From Longimicrobiales bacterium (GTDB taxonomy: Bacteria; Gemmatimonadota; Gemmatimonadetes; Longimicrobiales; Gaopeijiaceae), in assembly GCA_965218295.1 (NCBI GenBank), contig CBDCKN010000006.1:8712-72711 (forward strand): a DNA stretch of 64,000 nt, written 5' to 3'. A model generated the notes under the pieces. It did not search any database. It was not told the DNA's origin and worked only from the letters and a program-made list of their open reading frames with translations. Made by a program: the position numbers and the translations under genes. The first letter of the stretch is position 1; each line of letters starts with the position of its first letter. Of the stretch, positions 53,259-62,126 are shown one piece after another.

Positions 53259-53560
53259 TGTGGTGTCCCAGAAGTGTCTCGGCCATTGATCTCGCTGCGC
53301 TCGATCGTCTCGCGGTCAACTCGGTGCTCACGACGAGCATGAAGGTCGCTCGGCTCGAGCACCGATGCATCCGGCCCCGACCCACGCGCATACAGCGCGC
53401 GGGTACCCCCGTTCCTCCTCCTCGGACCACGGCCTTCGGCCGCGGTGCCCGCGTTGCTATTCCTCGTCGTCGCGCCTGACCCACGCCTCCGGCGCGGGTA
53501 CCCCGGATCCGGCGCCTCGGCACTCTCGGTGGCTCGCGAACTTCTGGGACACCACACTAG
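53255..53560 (+). repeat. MITE-like element, subfamily B (306 bp), between convergent stop codons
   Basis: Perfect 21-bp inverted ends including CTAG; the left CTAG holds the recN TAG and the right CTAG holds the TAG of the opposing gene. Confidence 0.92.
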
Positions 53561-55212
53561 TTCCAGATGCCCCTGAAGAGCCTCAGTCCGAACTCGATGC
53601 GCTCCGTCTTGGGCGTGAGCCCTCCGCTACCCGACACGCCCCTGCGAAACAGGAATCGGGCCTCCATGGGGCGACCTCGACCACTCCGTAACGTGGAGTA
53701 GACGACACCGATTCCGACCTCGAGCATGCTCTGTTCGGTCTCGAGCTCGAGGAGCGCGACGTCCAGGGGCGAGGGCACAGCTTCGTCGGCGACGAGGGAT
53801 TCGTAAGTGTCTGCTCCCTTGGAGAAGGTCCGTACGTCGAAGGCGATGGCCATCTCCTCGGTGAGCTGGAAGCGCGGGGTCAGGCGGAGATGGACGTAGT
53901 TGCCGGGGGTCCAGCGGACGAGCTGCCTCGCCGCGAGGGGCGCGAAGATACGGTCCGGGGCGGCGATGCGGCGCGTCACGAGGGTCGAGGCGGCCAGTCC
54001 GTACCGTACCTCTCCCCAGAGTCCCAGCCGGCCCCCGCTCAAACCACCGAACAAGCTCACCTCCAGGTCCTGTTGGCCGTCGCCGTTCCCCGTGTCCACG
54101 AAGTCGTCGGACGAGTCGGTCTGCCCTATGCCCAAGCGAACGAGGGCTCCCGCGCCGACCTGGTAGGTGGGGCCCGAAGGCGGCTCGTCCGTCTCGCCGC
54201 CCGGCGGAGAGCCCCAGAGCCGCACGTTGGCGTAGAGCTCCACGTCGCCCATCTCCCACGGACTGCGCCACGAGCCGAACGGCTCGCCGACCACCCCGTA
54301 TCCCGGGTCCGTAACAAGCCTCCCGTACTCATCCTCGGCGAGGAGCTGCGTCGCCAGAGGAACGCGGGCCGGAAAGGAGACGCCCAGCGCCTGATGCACG
54401 TCCGTGAGGGCCTGGACTCGGGACTGAAGGGCGTCGCCCGTGGCGGTGCCGTCCAGGGGGAAGACTCCCTGGGATGCGAGAGCGCCGAGAAGCGCCTGCC
54501 GAAACACCTGGCCTTCCGCGAGAAGCGAAGAGGCATCGATGCAGCCCGATGCCGTCGGGTCCGCCGAGCACTGGTCATCGGCGAGGGCCGTGAGACTCGC
54601 CTCGGCGAGGGCGAGGCCCCCCAGGAAGTCTTCCACGGCGCTCGGATCGCTGACGGAGGGTGTGAGCCCCGCGTTGGCTCCGTCTCCGCGGAATGTCCAG
54701 GCCACCTCCGCCCGCCGGCGGGAGAAGGGGACCATGCCGCCGACGCTGAGCCAGTCGAACACCCCGAGGTCCACACGGATTGGAAGCCACACGGCGTCCC
54801 GCGTCACCACTGCTCTGGTCGATCCGAGCACCAGTGGCGCGACAGGCCCGCCTGTTGCCGTCTCGAGGTTTCGCTCGAGGGCTTCCAGTCCGGGAAACAG
54901 CCTCGTGCCCACCGCCGCGTCCGAGAAATCGAAGCCGAGCGGCTCCTCTTCGTCGATGAGGGTCCCGCCCTCCGTCCGCTCCCCGAACCTCGTGTCGGCG
55001 TAGAGGTAGAGCGCACTGACCTCGACGCGGAGGCGACCGGGTGGGATGAGGGGTCCGGAGACCTCCTGCGCTGCGACAAGAGCCGAGCCGAGGGCCGGAG
55101 AAAGGACCATGTGGAGCGCCAAGAATATCGGGAGGCCGAGAGCACCGAAGGGCATGCTCTTCCGACCTGGTCCGAGCTTTCTGATGGGACCGCGTACGAC
55201 AGTCACCCTCAT
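53557..55212 (-). CDS. exported, probably outer-membrane, hypothetical protein
   Basis: Signal-like hydrophobic N-terminus, alternating beta-strand patterns, aromatic C-terminus; start uncertain. Confidence 0.65.
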   Translation of the reverse strand: MRVTVVRGPIRKLGPGRKSMPFGALGLPIFLALHMVLSPALGSALVAAQEVSGPLIPPGRLRVEVSALYLYADTRFGERTEGGTLIDEEEPLGFDFSDAAVGTRLFPGLEALERNLETATGGPVAPLVLGSTRAVVTRDAVWLPIRVDLGVFDWLSVGGMVPFSRRRAEVAWTFRGDGANAGLTPSVSDPSAVEDFLGGLALAEASLTALADDQCSADPTASGCIDASSLLAEGQVFRQALLGALASQGVFPLDGTATGDALQSRVQALTDVHQALGVSFPARVPLATQLLAEDEYGRLVTDPGYGVVGEPFGSWRSPWEMGDVELYANVRLWGSPPGGETDEPPSGPTYQVGAGALVRLGIGQTDSSDDFVDTGNGDGQQDLEVSLFGGLSGGRLGLWGEVRYGLAASTLVTRRIAAPDRIFAPLAARQLVRWTPGNYVHLRLTPRFQLTEEMAIAFDVRTFSKGADTYESLVADEAVPSPLDVALLELETEQSMLEVGIGVVYSTLRSGRGRPMEARFLFRRGVSGSGGLTPKTERIEFGLRLFRGIWN

Positions 55213-55314
55213 GCGGCGCGAGCGCTCCTCGATGTAGTGGCACTTCTGTCGCTGAACGGCCCCGGGGGCCCGGACACGGCTGGTAACATAATGGGGGAAT
55301 TGTCTACTAGAAAC

Positions 55315-55343
55315 TTGACACTTTTTGAGGCCCTGTCTAGCTT
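55315..55343 (+). promoter_or_regulatory. sigma-70-type promoter of the tRNA pair
   Basis: TTGACA-N17-TAGCTT. Confidence 0.65.
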
Positions 55344-55414
55344 CCAGCGCGCAAATGAGGGGTGCTTTGGAAACGTTTTCCGCGTGCGCGGGTAGCCAAA
55401 GCACCTTTTTCCAT

Positions 55415-55487
<73 letters not shown>

Positions 55488-55538
55488 CTCGGAAAAGGGG
55501 CTTGCCGTCCACCGGACGTTCGGCCCCCTTTTGCTTCA

Positions 55539-55610
55539 GGCGCCGTAGCCAAGCGGTAAGGCAGAGGCCTGCAAAGCCTTTATTCCCCGGTTCGAATCCG
55601 GGCGGCGCCT
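55539..55610 (+). tRNA. tRNA-Cys (GCA)
   Basis: GGCGCCG/CGGCGCC acceptor, GAGGC-CTGCAAA-GCCTT, GGTTCGAATCC; CCA not encoded. Confidence 0.96.
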
Positions 55611-55826
55611 CTGTTATCGAAGACCCTCCGGAACCACGCCCGGGTTCGAACCGTCGGTTCGAGCCGAGGCGCCAGACACCTGTCCGCGATGCGGCCCAGA
55701 TGTCCATCGCCGAGACCACCGAGGATCGCCGTAGGCGACCGCAGGTGAATCCGGGCGGCGCCTCTGTTATCGAAGACCCTCCGGAACCACGCCCGGGTTC
55801 GAACCGTCGGTTCGGGCCGAGGCGCC
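55594..55826 (+). repeat. 80-bp direct repeat starting in the tRNA-Cys 3' end (55594-55673 and 55747-55826)
   Basis: Two copies with one mismatch; period 153 bp. Confidence 0.92.
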
Positions 55827-55909
55827 GAAGATGCCCTCTCTGATGCGGCCGAAGTGTCCACTTCGGAGATGTATACGTATCTTTATGTCGTGAGTATACG
55901 TACGAGGAC

Positions 55910-56175
55910 TGCGGCATGGTCGTGGCGTGCAGCTGGATAAGCACGTCCCGCCCCTCCGTCTCGAACACGCTGAGAGACTCCTCCGTGTGCCTGAGCGCGT
56001 CCTGGACCATCCGTGGCCCCATGGGCATCGGCGGAGTAGCCAGAACGACGGCGCCCTGGAGACGCCCACGATACTTGTCCAGGTCGGCGGCGCTTCGGAT
56101 GTCGGCGAACACCGCCCGCTCGACGACCCTGCCGTCCGTTCCGGGGTCAAGGCGAGGGGGTAGGCGATGACCATA
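55910..56175 (-). pseudogene. internal fragment resembling an M28-type peptidase PA-domain region
   Basis: VIAYPLALTP / frameshift / RVVERAVFADIRSAADLDKYRGRLQGAVVL; no proper N- or C-terminus. Family recalled, not searched. Confidence 0.5.
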
Positions 56176-56363
56176 GGCTCACCTGGAGCACCTGGGATCT
56201 CATGGTCTCGAGGACTACCAGGGAGCCGGCCGACACCTGTGGCGAAATGCTGTCCAGCTACTAGCTTGGAGCGCCCCCCCCGGCGATGAGGGGCTGAACA
56301 GGGAAGAGGATTTGTAAGGAGGCCCATGCCCTACAGAGCGAACTCATCGGGATCCGCCTTGGC

Positions 56364-58655
56364 GTGAGCTCGAACGCCGAAGGCTCCACACCCGGCGCGC
56401 CTGCCTTCGCCCGAGACCTCGGGCTCTTCGACGCCACCATGATCGGAGTCGGCGCCATGATCGGCGCCGGCATCTTTGTCCTTACCGGAATCGCCGCGGG
56501 CGAGTCGGGGCCTGCCTCCATCCTCGCCTTCGCGCTGAACGGCGCGGTGACCCTGCTCACGGCCTTTGCCTACGCCGAGCTCGCTACGGCCATTCCGGAG
56601 GCCGGAGGCGGATACGCCTACGTGCGCCGTGCCTTCCCCGGTGCGGTGGGGTTCACGGCGGGCTGGATGCTGTGGTTTGCCTACACAGTGGCTTGCAGCC
56701 TCTACGTCCTTGGCTTCGCCGGCTACTTCTGGGAGTTCTTCCTCAAGTACCTACCCAACCTCGCAGAGGGTGCATTCGGAGTCGTGGGCGAGCATGGCGC
56801 GATTCTGCTTGTCACGCTTCTGGTGGGCGTCCTCTTCATCCGACTCAACGTCCGGGGGGCGGAAGTAACGGGGAAGGCCGAGAACGTCCTCACGGTCACC
56901 AAGCTCCTCGTGCTCGGCGTCTTCATCGTCTACGGGCTTCGGCGGGTCTTCGAGGAGCCGGGTCAGGCGGCGGCCAGCTTCAGCCCGTTCCTTCCGCAGG
57001 GGATGGGTGGCGTGGTCGTCGCCATGGGCCTCACCTTCATCGCGTTCGAGGGATACGACCTCATCGCCAACCTAGCCGAGGAGATCAAGGAGCCGGAGAA
57101 GAACATCCCGCGGGCGACCTTCATCGCCCTGGGCGTCACGATGATCATGTATCTCCTGATCCTCTTCGTGTCGCTGGCGGCGGTGAGGCCTCCCGACGGC
57201 CGGCCCTCGTGGCGCTTTCTGGGAGATTACGGGGAGACGGCCATCGTACGTGCGGCCGAGGGCTTCATGCCGGCGTTCGGCGTGGCCGTCATCGTATTCG
57301 GCGGCCTGCTCTCCACGATGTCGGCCTTGAACGCGACAGTCATGGCCTCGTCACGGGTCGCGTTCTCCATGGGTCGAGACCGCCTGCTGCCCCTCTCCAT
57401 GGCCTCGATCCATCCGGAGCGTCGCACCCCCCACATCGCCATCATCGTCACCGGGGCGATCCTGTTGGCGATGGCGCTGGCACTGCCGATCGAGGCCGTG
57501 GGCTCGGCCGCGAGCCTCATCTTCCTGCTCACCTTCGCCATGGTGAACCTCTCGGTGATCGCCCTCCGAAGGAAGGCACCGGAGCTCCCACGTCGCTACA
57601 AGGTCCCGTTCTATCCCGTCGTACCCGTCCTTGGGATCGTTCTGAACGTGTATCTGGCGGTCTACCAGTTCACGTTTCAGCCTCTGGCCTGGTACGTGAC
57701 GGGCGGATGGATCCTCGTGGGTCTGTTTCTCTACTATGCGTACTTCGAGAAGCAAGCCGCGGGGATCCGCCCGCAGATCCTCGAGCCACGTCGACCGGCT
57801 GAGCCGGTGGCCCATGAAACGGTCGTCGTACCGCTGCACAATCCCGATCACGTGCCTGTGCTCCTGGACTACGCTCAACCCATCGCCGAGGCACGCGGTT
57901 TCAGGACGACCGCCATCTCGGTGGTCAACGTGCCCAGGCAGCTTCCCATTCATGAGGGACTCCGCTTCGCCCATCATCGGGAAGCTCTCCTCAAGAGGGG
58001 TCGTGAGCACGCCGTGTCCCGGGGCGCGGAGCTGGGGACCGACCTGGTCGTGGCTCACCACGTGCATGACGGCATCTTGGCGGGCGCCCGCCGAAGCGGC
58101 GCCGATCTGCTGGTCATGGGCTGGAAGGGGTATACGGACACGAGCGATCGCATCTTCGGTGAGGTCGCCGACCAGGTGATCCGCAATGCTTCCTGCGACC
58201 TGGCGCTCCTCAAGGTGGCCGACACAGAGCTACCCAAGCACTGTCTCTTCCCGACGGCGGGAGGAGCCCACGCCCTTTTGGCTGCCGAGTTCCTCAACGT
58301 CCTCGCTCCCGCCTTCGACATGACGGTCACGGCTTGTCACATCGTGAACCCCGACGCGTCGCCCGAGGACCGGGCCGAGGCCGAGCGGTGGATCGACAAG
58401 ACCCTGTCCCGAATGGGACCGCAGGTCCAGGTCGACCGACTCCTCATTGAAGGGAAGACCATCGCCGGCGGGATCGCCCGGGCCAGCAAGGACTTCGACC
58501 TGGTGGTCTTGGGGGCGGCACGGGAGCCGTTCTTCCGGCAAGTCCTCTTCGGTGAAATTCCCGAGAAGGTGGCCCGCTATTCACCGGCTTCGGTAATGGT
58601 GGTGAAGCAGTACGAAGGTCATGTCCGCTCGCTCTTCAAGCGAATGTTCGGCTGA
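56364..58655 (+). CDS. APC-family amino acid permease with two C-terminal USP-like domains
   Basis: GAMIGAGIF, PEAGGGY, AFEG, EEIKEPEKNIP, then DLLVMGW and DLVVLGA..FGEIPE. Confidence 0.92.
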   Translation: MSSNAEGSTPGAPAFARDLGLFDATMIGVGAMIGAGIFVLTGIAAGESGPASILAFALNGAVTLLTAFAYAELATAIPEAGGGYAYVRRAFPGAVGFTAGWMLWFAYTVACSLYVLGFAGYFWEFFLKYLPNLAEGAFGVVGEHGAILLVTLLVGVLFIRLNVRGAEVTGKAENVLTVTKLLVLGVFIVYGLRRVFEEPGQAAASFSPFLPQGMGGVVVAMGLTFIAFEGYDLIANLAEEIKEPEKNIPRATFIALGVTMIMYLLILFVSLAAVRPPDGRPSWRFLGDYGETAIVRAAEGFMPAFGVAVIVFGGLLSTMSALNATVMASSRVAFSMGRDRLLPLSMASIHPERRTPHIAIIVTGAILLAMALALPIEAVGSAASLIFLLTFAMVNLSVIALRRKAPELPRRYKVPFYPVVPVLGIVLNVYLAVYQFTFQPLAWYVTGGWILVGLFLYYAYFEKQAAGIRPQILEPRRPAEPVAHETVVVPLHNPDHVPVLLDYAQPIAEARGFRTTAISVVNVPRQLPIHEGLRFAHHREALLKRGREHAVSRGAELGTDLVVAHHVHDGILAGARRSGADLLVMGWKGYTDTSDRIFGEVADQVIRNASCDLALLKVADTELPKHCLFPTAGGAHALLAAEFLNVLAPAFDMTVTACHIVNPDASPEDRAEAERWIDKTLSRMGPQVQVDRLLIEGKTIAGGIARASKDFDLVVLGAAREPFFRQVLFGEIPEKVARYSPASVMVVKQYEGHVRSLFKRMFG

Positions 58656-58728
58656 GCCTGTGCAGTACTCCGCCGTCCGTCCCGACCACACAGGTGGGCC
58701 GAGAAGCCATCCTCCCAGGCTGGGTTCC

Positions 58729-60141
58729 ATGACGCTCCGCTCGGAGCTTCCCCGGAAGGTCGTGCACATCTCCATGGGGGGCTTCGCCCTCCTGCTGCGC
58801 TGGCTGACACCATGGCAGGCTCTCCTGATGGCGGTGGCCGCTCTCGTGCTGAACCTCTTCTTCCTTCACCGGCTGACGGGGAGGAGGCTACTACGGCCCG
58901 AGGAGCGGGAAAGAGGATTCTCGGCGGGCATCGTGATCTACCCAGCCGTCCTGCTCGGGGTGTTCGTGGTCTTCCAGTCACGCCTGGAGCTGGCCGCCGG
59001 GGTCTGGGCGCTCTTGGCGGCGGGGGACGGCATGGCCACTGTGGTGGGCCTGGCTGTCGGCGGTCCACGGCTTCCGTGGAACGCGAAGAAGACCTGGTCG
59101 GGGCTTGGGGCCTTCGTGCTGCTCGGGGCAGCCGCGTGCGCCTTCCTGATTCGTTGGACGCAGCGTGCACGCGGTGCTTCCGCCGTCTGGCCCGAAGTCG
59201 AAGTGACCTGGGTCGGCACGTCGTTCTTTTCGGGCGGGCTCGTCGACGCAGGCGGCTTCACGTTCCTGCTCCTCGGCTGCCTGGCGGCAGCGGCCGCGGC
59301 CGCTCTGGCCGAGTCGCTGGAGACCAGCGTAGACGACAACATCCTGGTCCCGGTGGTAGGGGGTGCGGTACTCCTGGCGGCCACGCTGGTCGATCCGTCG
59401 CCACTAATCGAAGGGGCTCCCGTGCTGGCCCGCGGCCTGGCGTTGGGTCTCGCCGTCACGGCTCCCTTCGCCGTGTTGGCGTACACCACGCGGTCGGTCG
59501 ACCGCACAGGCGCCCTCGGAGGCACTCTGGTGGGAACCCTCCTGTATGCGTTCGCGGGTTGGCCGGGGTTCGCCCTGCTGATTCTGCTCGTGGTCGGAGG
59601 CGTGGGCGTAACCCGCTTGGGCCACTCACGGAAGGCTGCCCTCGGCATTGCCCAGGAGAAGGGGGGACGGAGAGGGGCTGGGAGCGCCTTCGCCAACACC
59701 GGCGCCGGCGTGGCCTTCAGCTTCTTGGCGATGGCCACGCCCTTCCCGGATCTCTTCACACTGGCCATGGTGGCGGCCTTCGCCACGGCCATCTTCGACA
59801 CCACTGCCTCGGAGGTCGGTAAGGCCTACGGGAGACGACACCACCTCATCACGACGCTTCGTTCTGTTCCGGCCGGCACGGCCGGTGCCGTTTCGCTCGA
59901 AGGGACGGCGGCCGGTGCTGTGGCCGCGGTTGCCATGGCGATGCTCTCCTCCTCGGTCGGCCTGGTCACGATCGCGGGGGCGATGACGGCGGTCCTCGGT
60001 GCCTTCTTCGGGTCCACGGTAGAGTCCTTCATCGGTGCCGTCCTGGGAGGGCGAAGGGGATCCGACAACGAGCTCCTCAACCTCACCAACACGGTAGTGG
60101 GTGCCGCTCTGGCCGTGGCCCTCTACATCGCCCTCCTCTAG
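58729..60141 (+). CDS. DUF92 membrane protein with N-terminal phytol/dolichol-kinase-like domain
   Basis: ELPRKVVHI, GDGMATVVG, KTWSG, DDNI; then GGRRG..AN, DTTASEVG, GAVSLEGT. Confidence 0.85.
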   Translation: MTLRSELPRKVVHISMGGFALLLRWLTPWQALLMAVAALVLNLFFLHRLTGRRLLRPEERERGFSAGIVIYPAVLLGVFVVFQSRLELAAGVWALLAAGDGMATVVGLAVGGPRLPWNAKKTWSGLGAFVLLGAAACAFLIRWTQRARGASAVWPEVEVTWVGTSFFSGGLVDAGGFTFLLLGCLAAAAAAALAESLETSVDDNILVPVVGGAVLLAATLVDPSPLIEGAPVLARGLALGLAVTAPFAVLAYTTRSVDRTGALGGTLVGTLLYAFAGWPGFALLILLVVGGVGVTRLGHSRKAALGIAQEKGGRRGAGSAFANTGAGVAFSFLAMATPFPDLFTLAMVAAFATAIFDTTASEVGKAYGRRHHLITTLRSVPAGTAGAVSLEGTAAGAVAAVAMAMLSSSVGLVTIAGAMTAVLGAFFGSTVESFIGAVLGGRRGSDNELLNLTNTVVGAALAVALYIALL

Positions 60142-60179
60142 TGTTCCGTTTTCGAGACACTTTGGTAACGGAATACTAG
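60138..60179 (-). repeat. MITE-like subfamily A minimal derivative (42 bp) at the DUF92 gene stop
   Basis: CTAGTGTTCCGTTTTCGAGACACTTTGGTAACGGAATACTAG: only the two termini remain. Confidence 0.82.
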
Positions 60180-60187
60180 GATCGGTC

Positions 60188-60412
60188 ATGAGCTTCCCGA
60201 GCCATTACGTTCCCCGGTCCTCGGCGGGGCGGGTCAGCGTCATCGCGTTCCTGGCTCTCATGGCGCTGGCCCAGCCGCCCATCGTCTTCTGGGTAGACGG
60301 GTACTTCGAGCGCACTTCGGTACTCGGTCTGCCCTTCCTCTACGTATACCTCGGCGTCATCTATTTTGCGCTCATCGGCGTTCTGCTCTGGGCGCTGCGG
60401 AAGAAGGTCTGA
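60188..60412 (+). CDS. small 2-TM partner of the sodium:solute symporter (DUF3311-like)
   Basis: VLGLPFLYVY; immediately precedes the SSS gene. Confidence 0.7.
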   Translation: MSFPSHYVPRSSAGRVSVIAFLALMALAQPPIVFWVDGYFERTSVLGLPFLYVYLGVIYFALIGVLLWALRKKV

Positions 60413-60415
60413 TCC

Positions 60416-61933
60416 GTGGAGAGCTGGGTCGTCGCAACGGGCCTCATCTTCACGTACCTCCTCGTCACCATCGTCCTCGGATTCCTGGCGAACCGTGCCA
60501 TGTCCGTGGACCTGGAGGACTTTCTCCTCTACGGCCGACAAGCCGGGTTCGTGGTCCTGTACCTCACGGTGGTGGCCAGCTACCACTCCGCGTTCGCCTT
60601 CCTGGGCTCCGAGGGCTTCTTCTACACGCATGGGATCGGCTTCTGGGAGGCCGGGACGTGGACGGTCCTGGTGGGGGCTATCACCTATACGCTGGGCGTC
60701 CGCATCTGGGTGTTGGGGAAGCGCTTCCGCTACATGACGCCCGCCGACATGCTAGCGGACTTTTATGAGAGCGAAGCCGTTCGTGTGATCGTGGCCCTCG
60801 TCTCGGTCCTCTTCACCGTCCTCTACATCCAGGTCCAGGCTCAGGGCCTGGGATACATCATTTCGGTGGCGTCCGGCGACCGTATCTCTTTCGAGATGGG
60901 AACCCTCATTCTCCTCGTCGTCGCGGGTGGATACCTCATGGCCGGAGGGCTGCGGGCCGTCTATTGGACCGACGTGGTCCAGGCCGTGTGGATGTATGTG
61001 GCGGTGTGGGCCGGGGCTCTCGTACTGGCCGAGAGGCTGTTCGGAGGTCCGCTGGCCCTCTGGCGCAGGGTGGCGGAGGAACGTCCGGATCTTCTGAGGC
61101 TCCCCGGCCCCGAGGGCTTCTTCACGCCGGGCATGTGGGTGGGCATGACCGTCGCCCTGTCCTTCGGGATCGTCCTCCAGCCCCACATGATGATCCGCTA
61201 CTACACGGCGACCTCGGGGCGAGTGATCAAATGGCTCGGCGCCACCACACCTATCTTCCTCATGACCCTGTACATCCCGGCCGCCCTGGTGGGTCTGGGC
61301 GGGGCCATCATCCTGCCGGATCTGGCCATTCCGGACCGCATCTTCCCCGAGCTGCTGGTCCGCTACGCCCCGGCGTGGCTCACGGGGCTGATCCTGGCCG
61401 GGGCCACCGCGGCCGCCATGTCCACGCTGGACTCGATACTCCACGCGAACATGACGGTGCTTACCCGAGACATCTACCAGCGCTACGTCGCTCCTGACCG
61501 TGACGCGGGCCATTACCTATGGGTGGGGCGGGGGATCGTGCTGGGGCTCCTGGTGGTGGGGTACGTGCTCTCGGTGAACACGTTCGGCTTCCTCGTGACC
61601 CTGGTGACCCTGTCGGGGGCCGGAGCCCTCCAACTCCTACCGGGGACGCTGGGGGTGTGCTACCCGACTCGTCGACCATTCAGCAGGGTGGGGGTGCTGG
61701 CAGGCATCGGAGCCGGACTGGTCGCGCTCTTCTGGACCCTGGTCATCATGCCCCATCCACTCGGTGTGCACGGCGCCATCTGGTCCTTGGCCGCGAACTT
61801 GGCGGTGTGCATCGTCGTGTCGCGGCTCAGCGCGCCACCATCATCCGAGACGGTGAGTCGAATTCACGGCGCCCTTGAGGACTACATATACGGGGCGGGA
61901 GAGGAAGCCTTGGAGGTGTCGCGCAGCTCTTAG
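60416..61933 (+). CDS. sodium:solute symporter family protein
   Basis: SAFAFLG, GGLRAVYWTDVVQ, AAAMSTLDS. Confidence 0.93.
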   Translation: MESWVVATGLIFTYLLVTIVLGFLANRAMSVDLEDFLLYGRQAGFVVLYLTVVASYHSAFAFLGSEGFFYTHGIGFWEAGTWTVLVGAITYTLGVRIWVLGKRFRYMTPADMLADFYESEAVRVIVALVSVLFTVLYIQVQAQGLGYIISVASGDRISFEMGTLILLVVAGGYLMAGGLRAVYWTDVVQAVWMYVAVWAGALVLAERLFGGPLALWRRVAEERPDLLRLPGPEGFFTPGMWVGMTVALSFGIVLQPHMMIRYYTATSGRVIKWLGATTPIFLMTLYIPAALVGLGGAIILPDLAIPDRIFPELLVRYAPAWLTGLILAGATAAAMSTLDSILHANMTVLTRDIYQRYVAPDRDAGHYLWVGRGIVLGLLVVGYVLSVNTFGFLVTLVTLSGAGALQLLPGTLGVCYPTRRPFSRVGVLAGIGAGLVALFWTLVIMPHPLGVHGAIWSLAANLAVCIVVSRLSAPPSSETVSRIHGALEDYIYGAGEEALEVSRSS

Positions 61934-62089
61934 GACCGCATACCGAACCGTGCCCGCGCGCCGCTCCGCCATTTGATTTGACCTTCCAGACAGGTTTCAG
62001 GAGGTCCCATAAGACAACGTAAGTTGTTGTAATATCATTAGTTATATTATACTTCCGTGTCAGGGCGTCCGCCATGTTCCAGTACGCAA

Positions 62090-62124
62090 AGGGTGATCAG
62101 CAGGGTGATCGCGAAAGGGTGACC
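62090..62124 (+). repeat. three AGGGTGA(T/C)C direct repeats, probable integrase arm-type sites
   Basis: At 62090-62098, 62102-62110 and 62116-62124, just before the integrase ATG. Confidence 0.6.
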
Positions 62125-62126
62125 AG

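Noticed and set aside
55594..55826. CRISPR array
   Set aside because: Only two 80-bp units, derived from the tRNA end; no cas genes in the window.
62002..62029. XerCD dif site
   Set aside because: The left arm (AGGTCCCATAA) is dif-like, but the right arm matches TTATGTTAAAT poorly.
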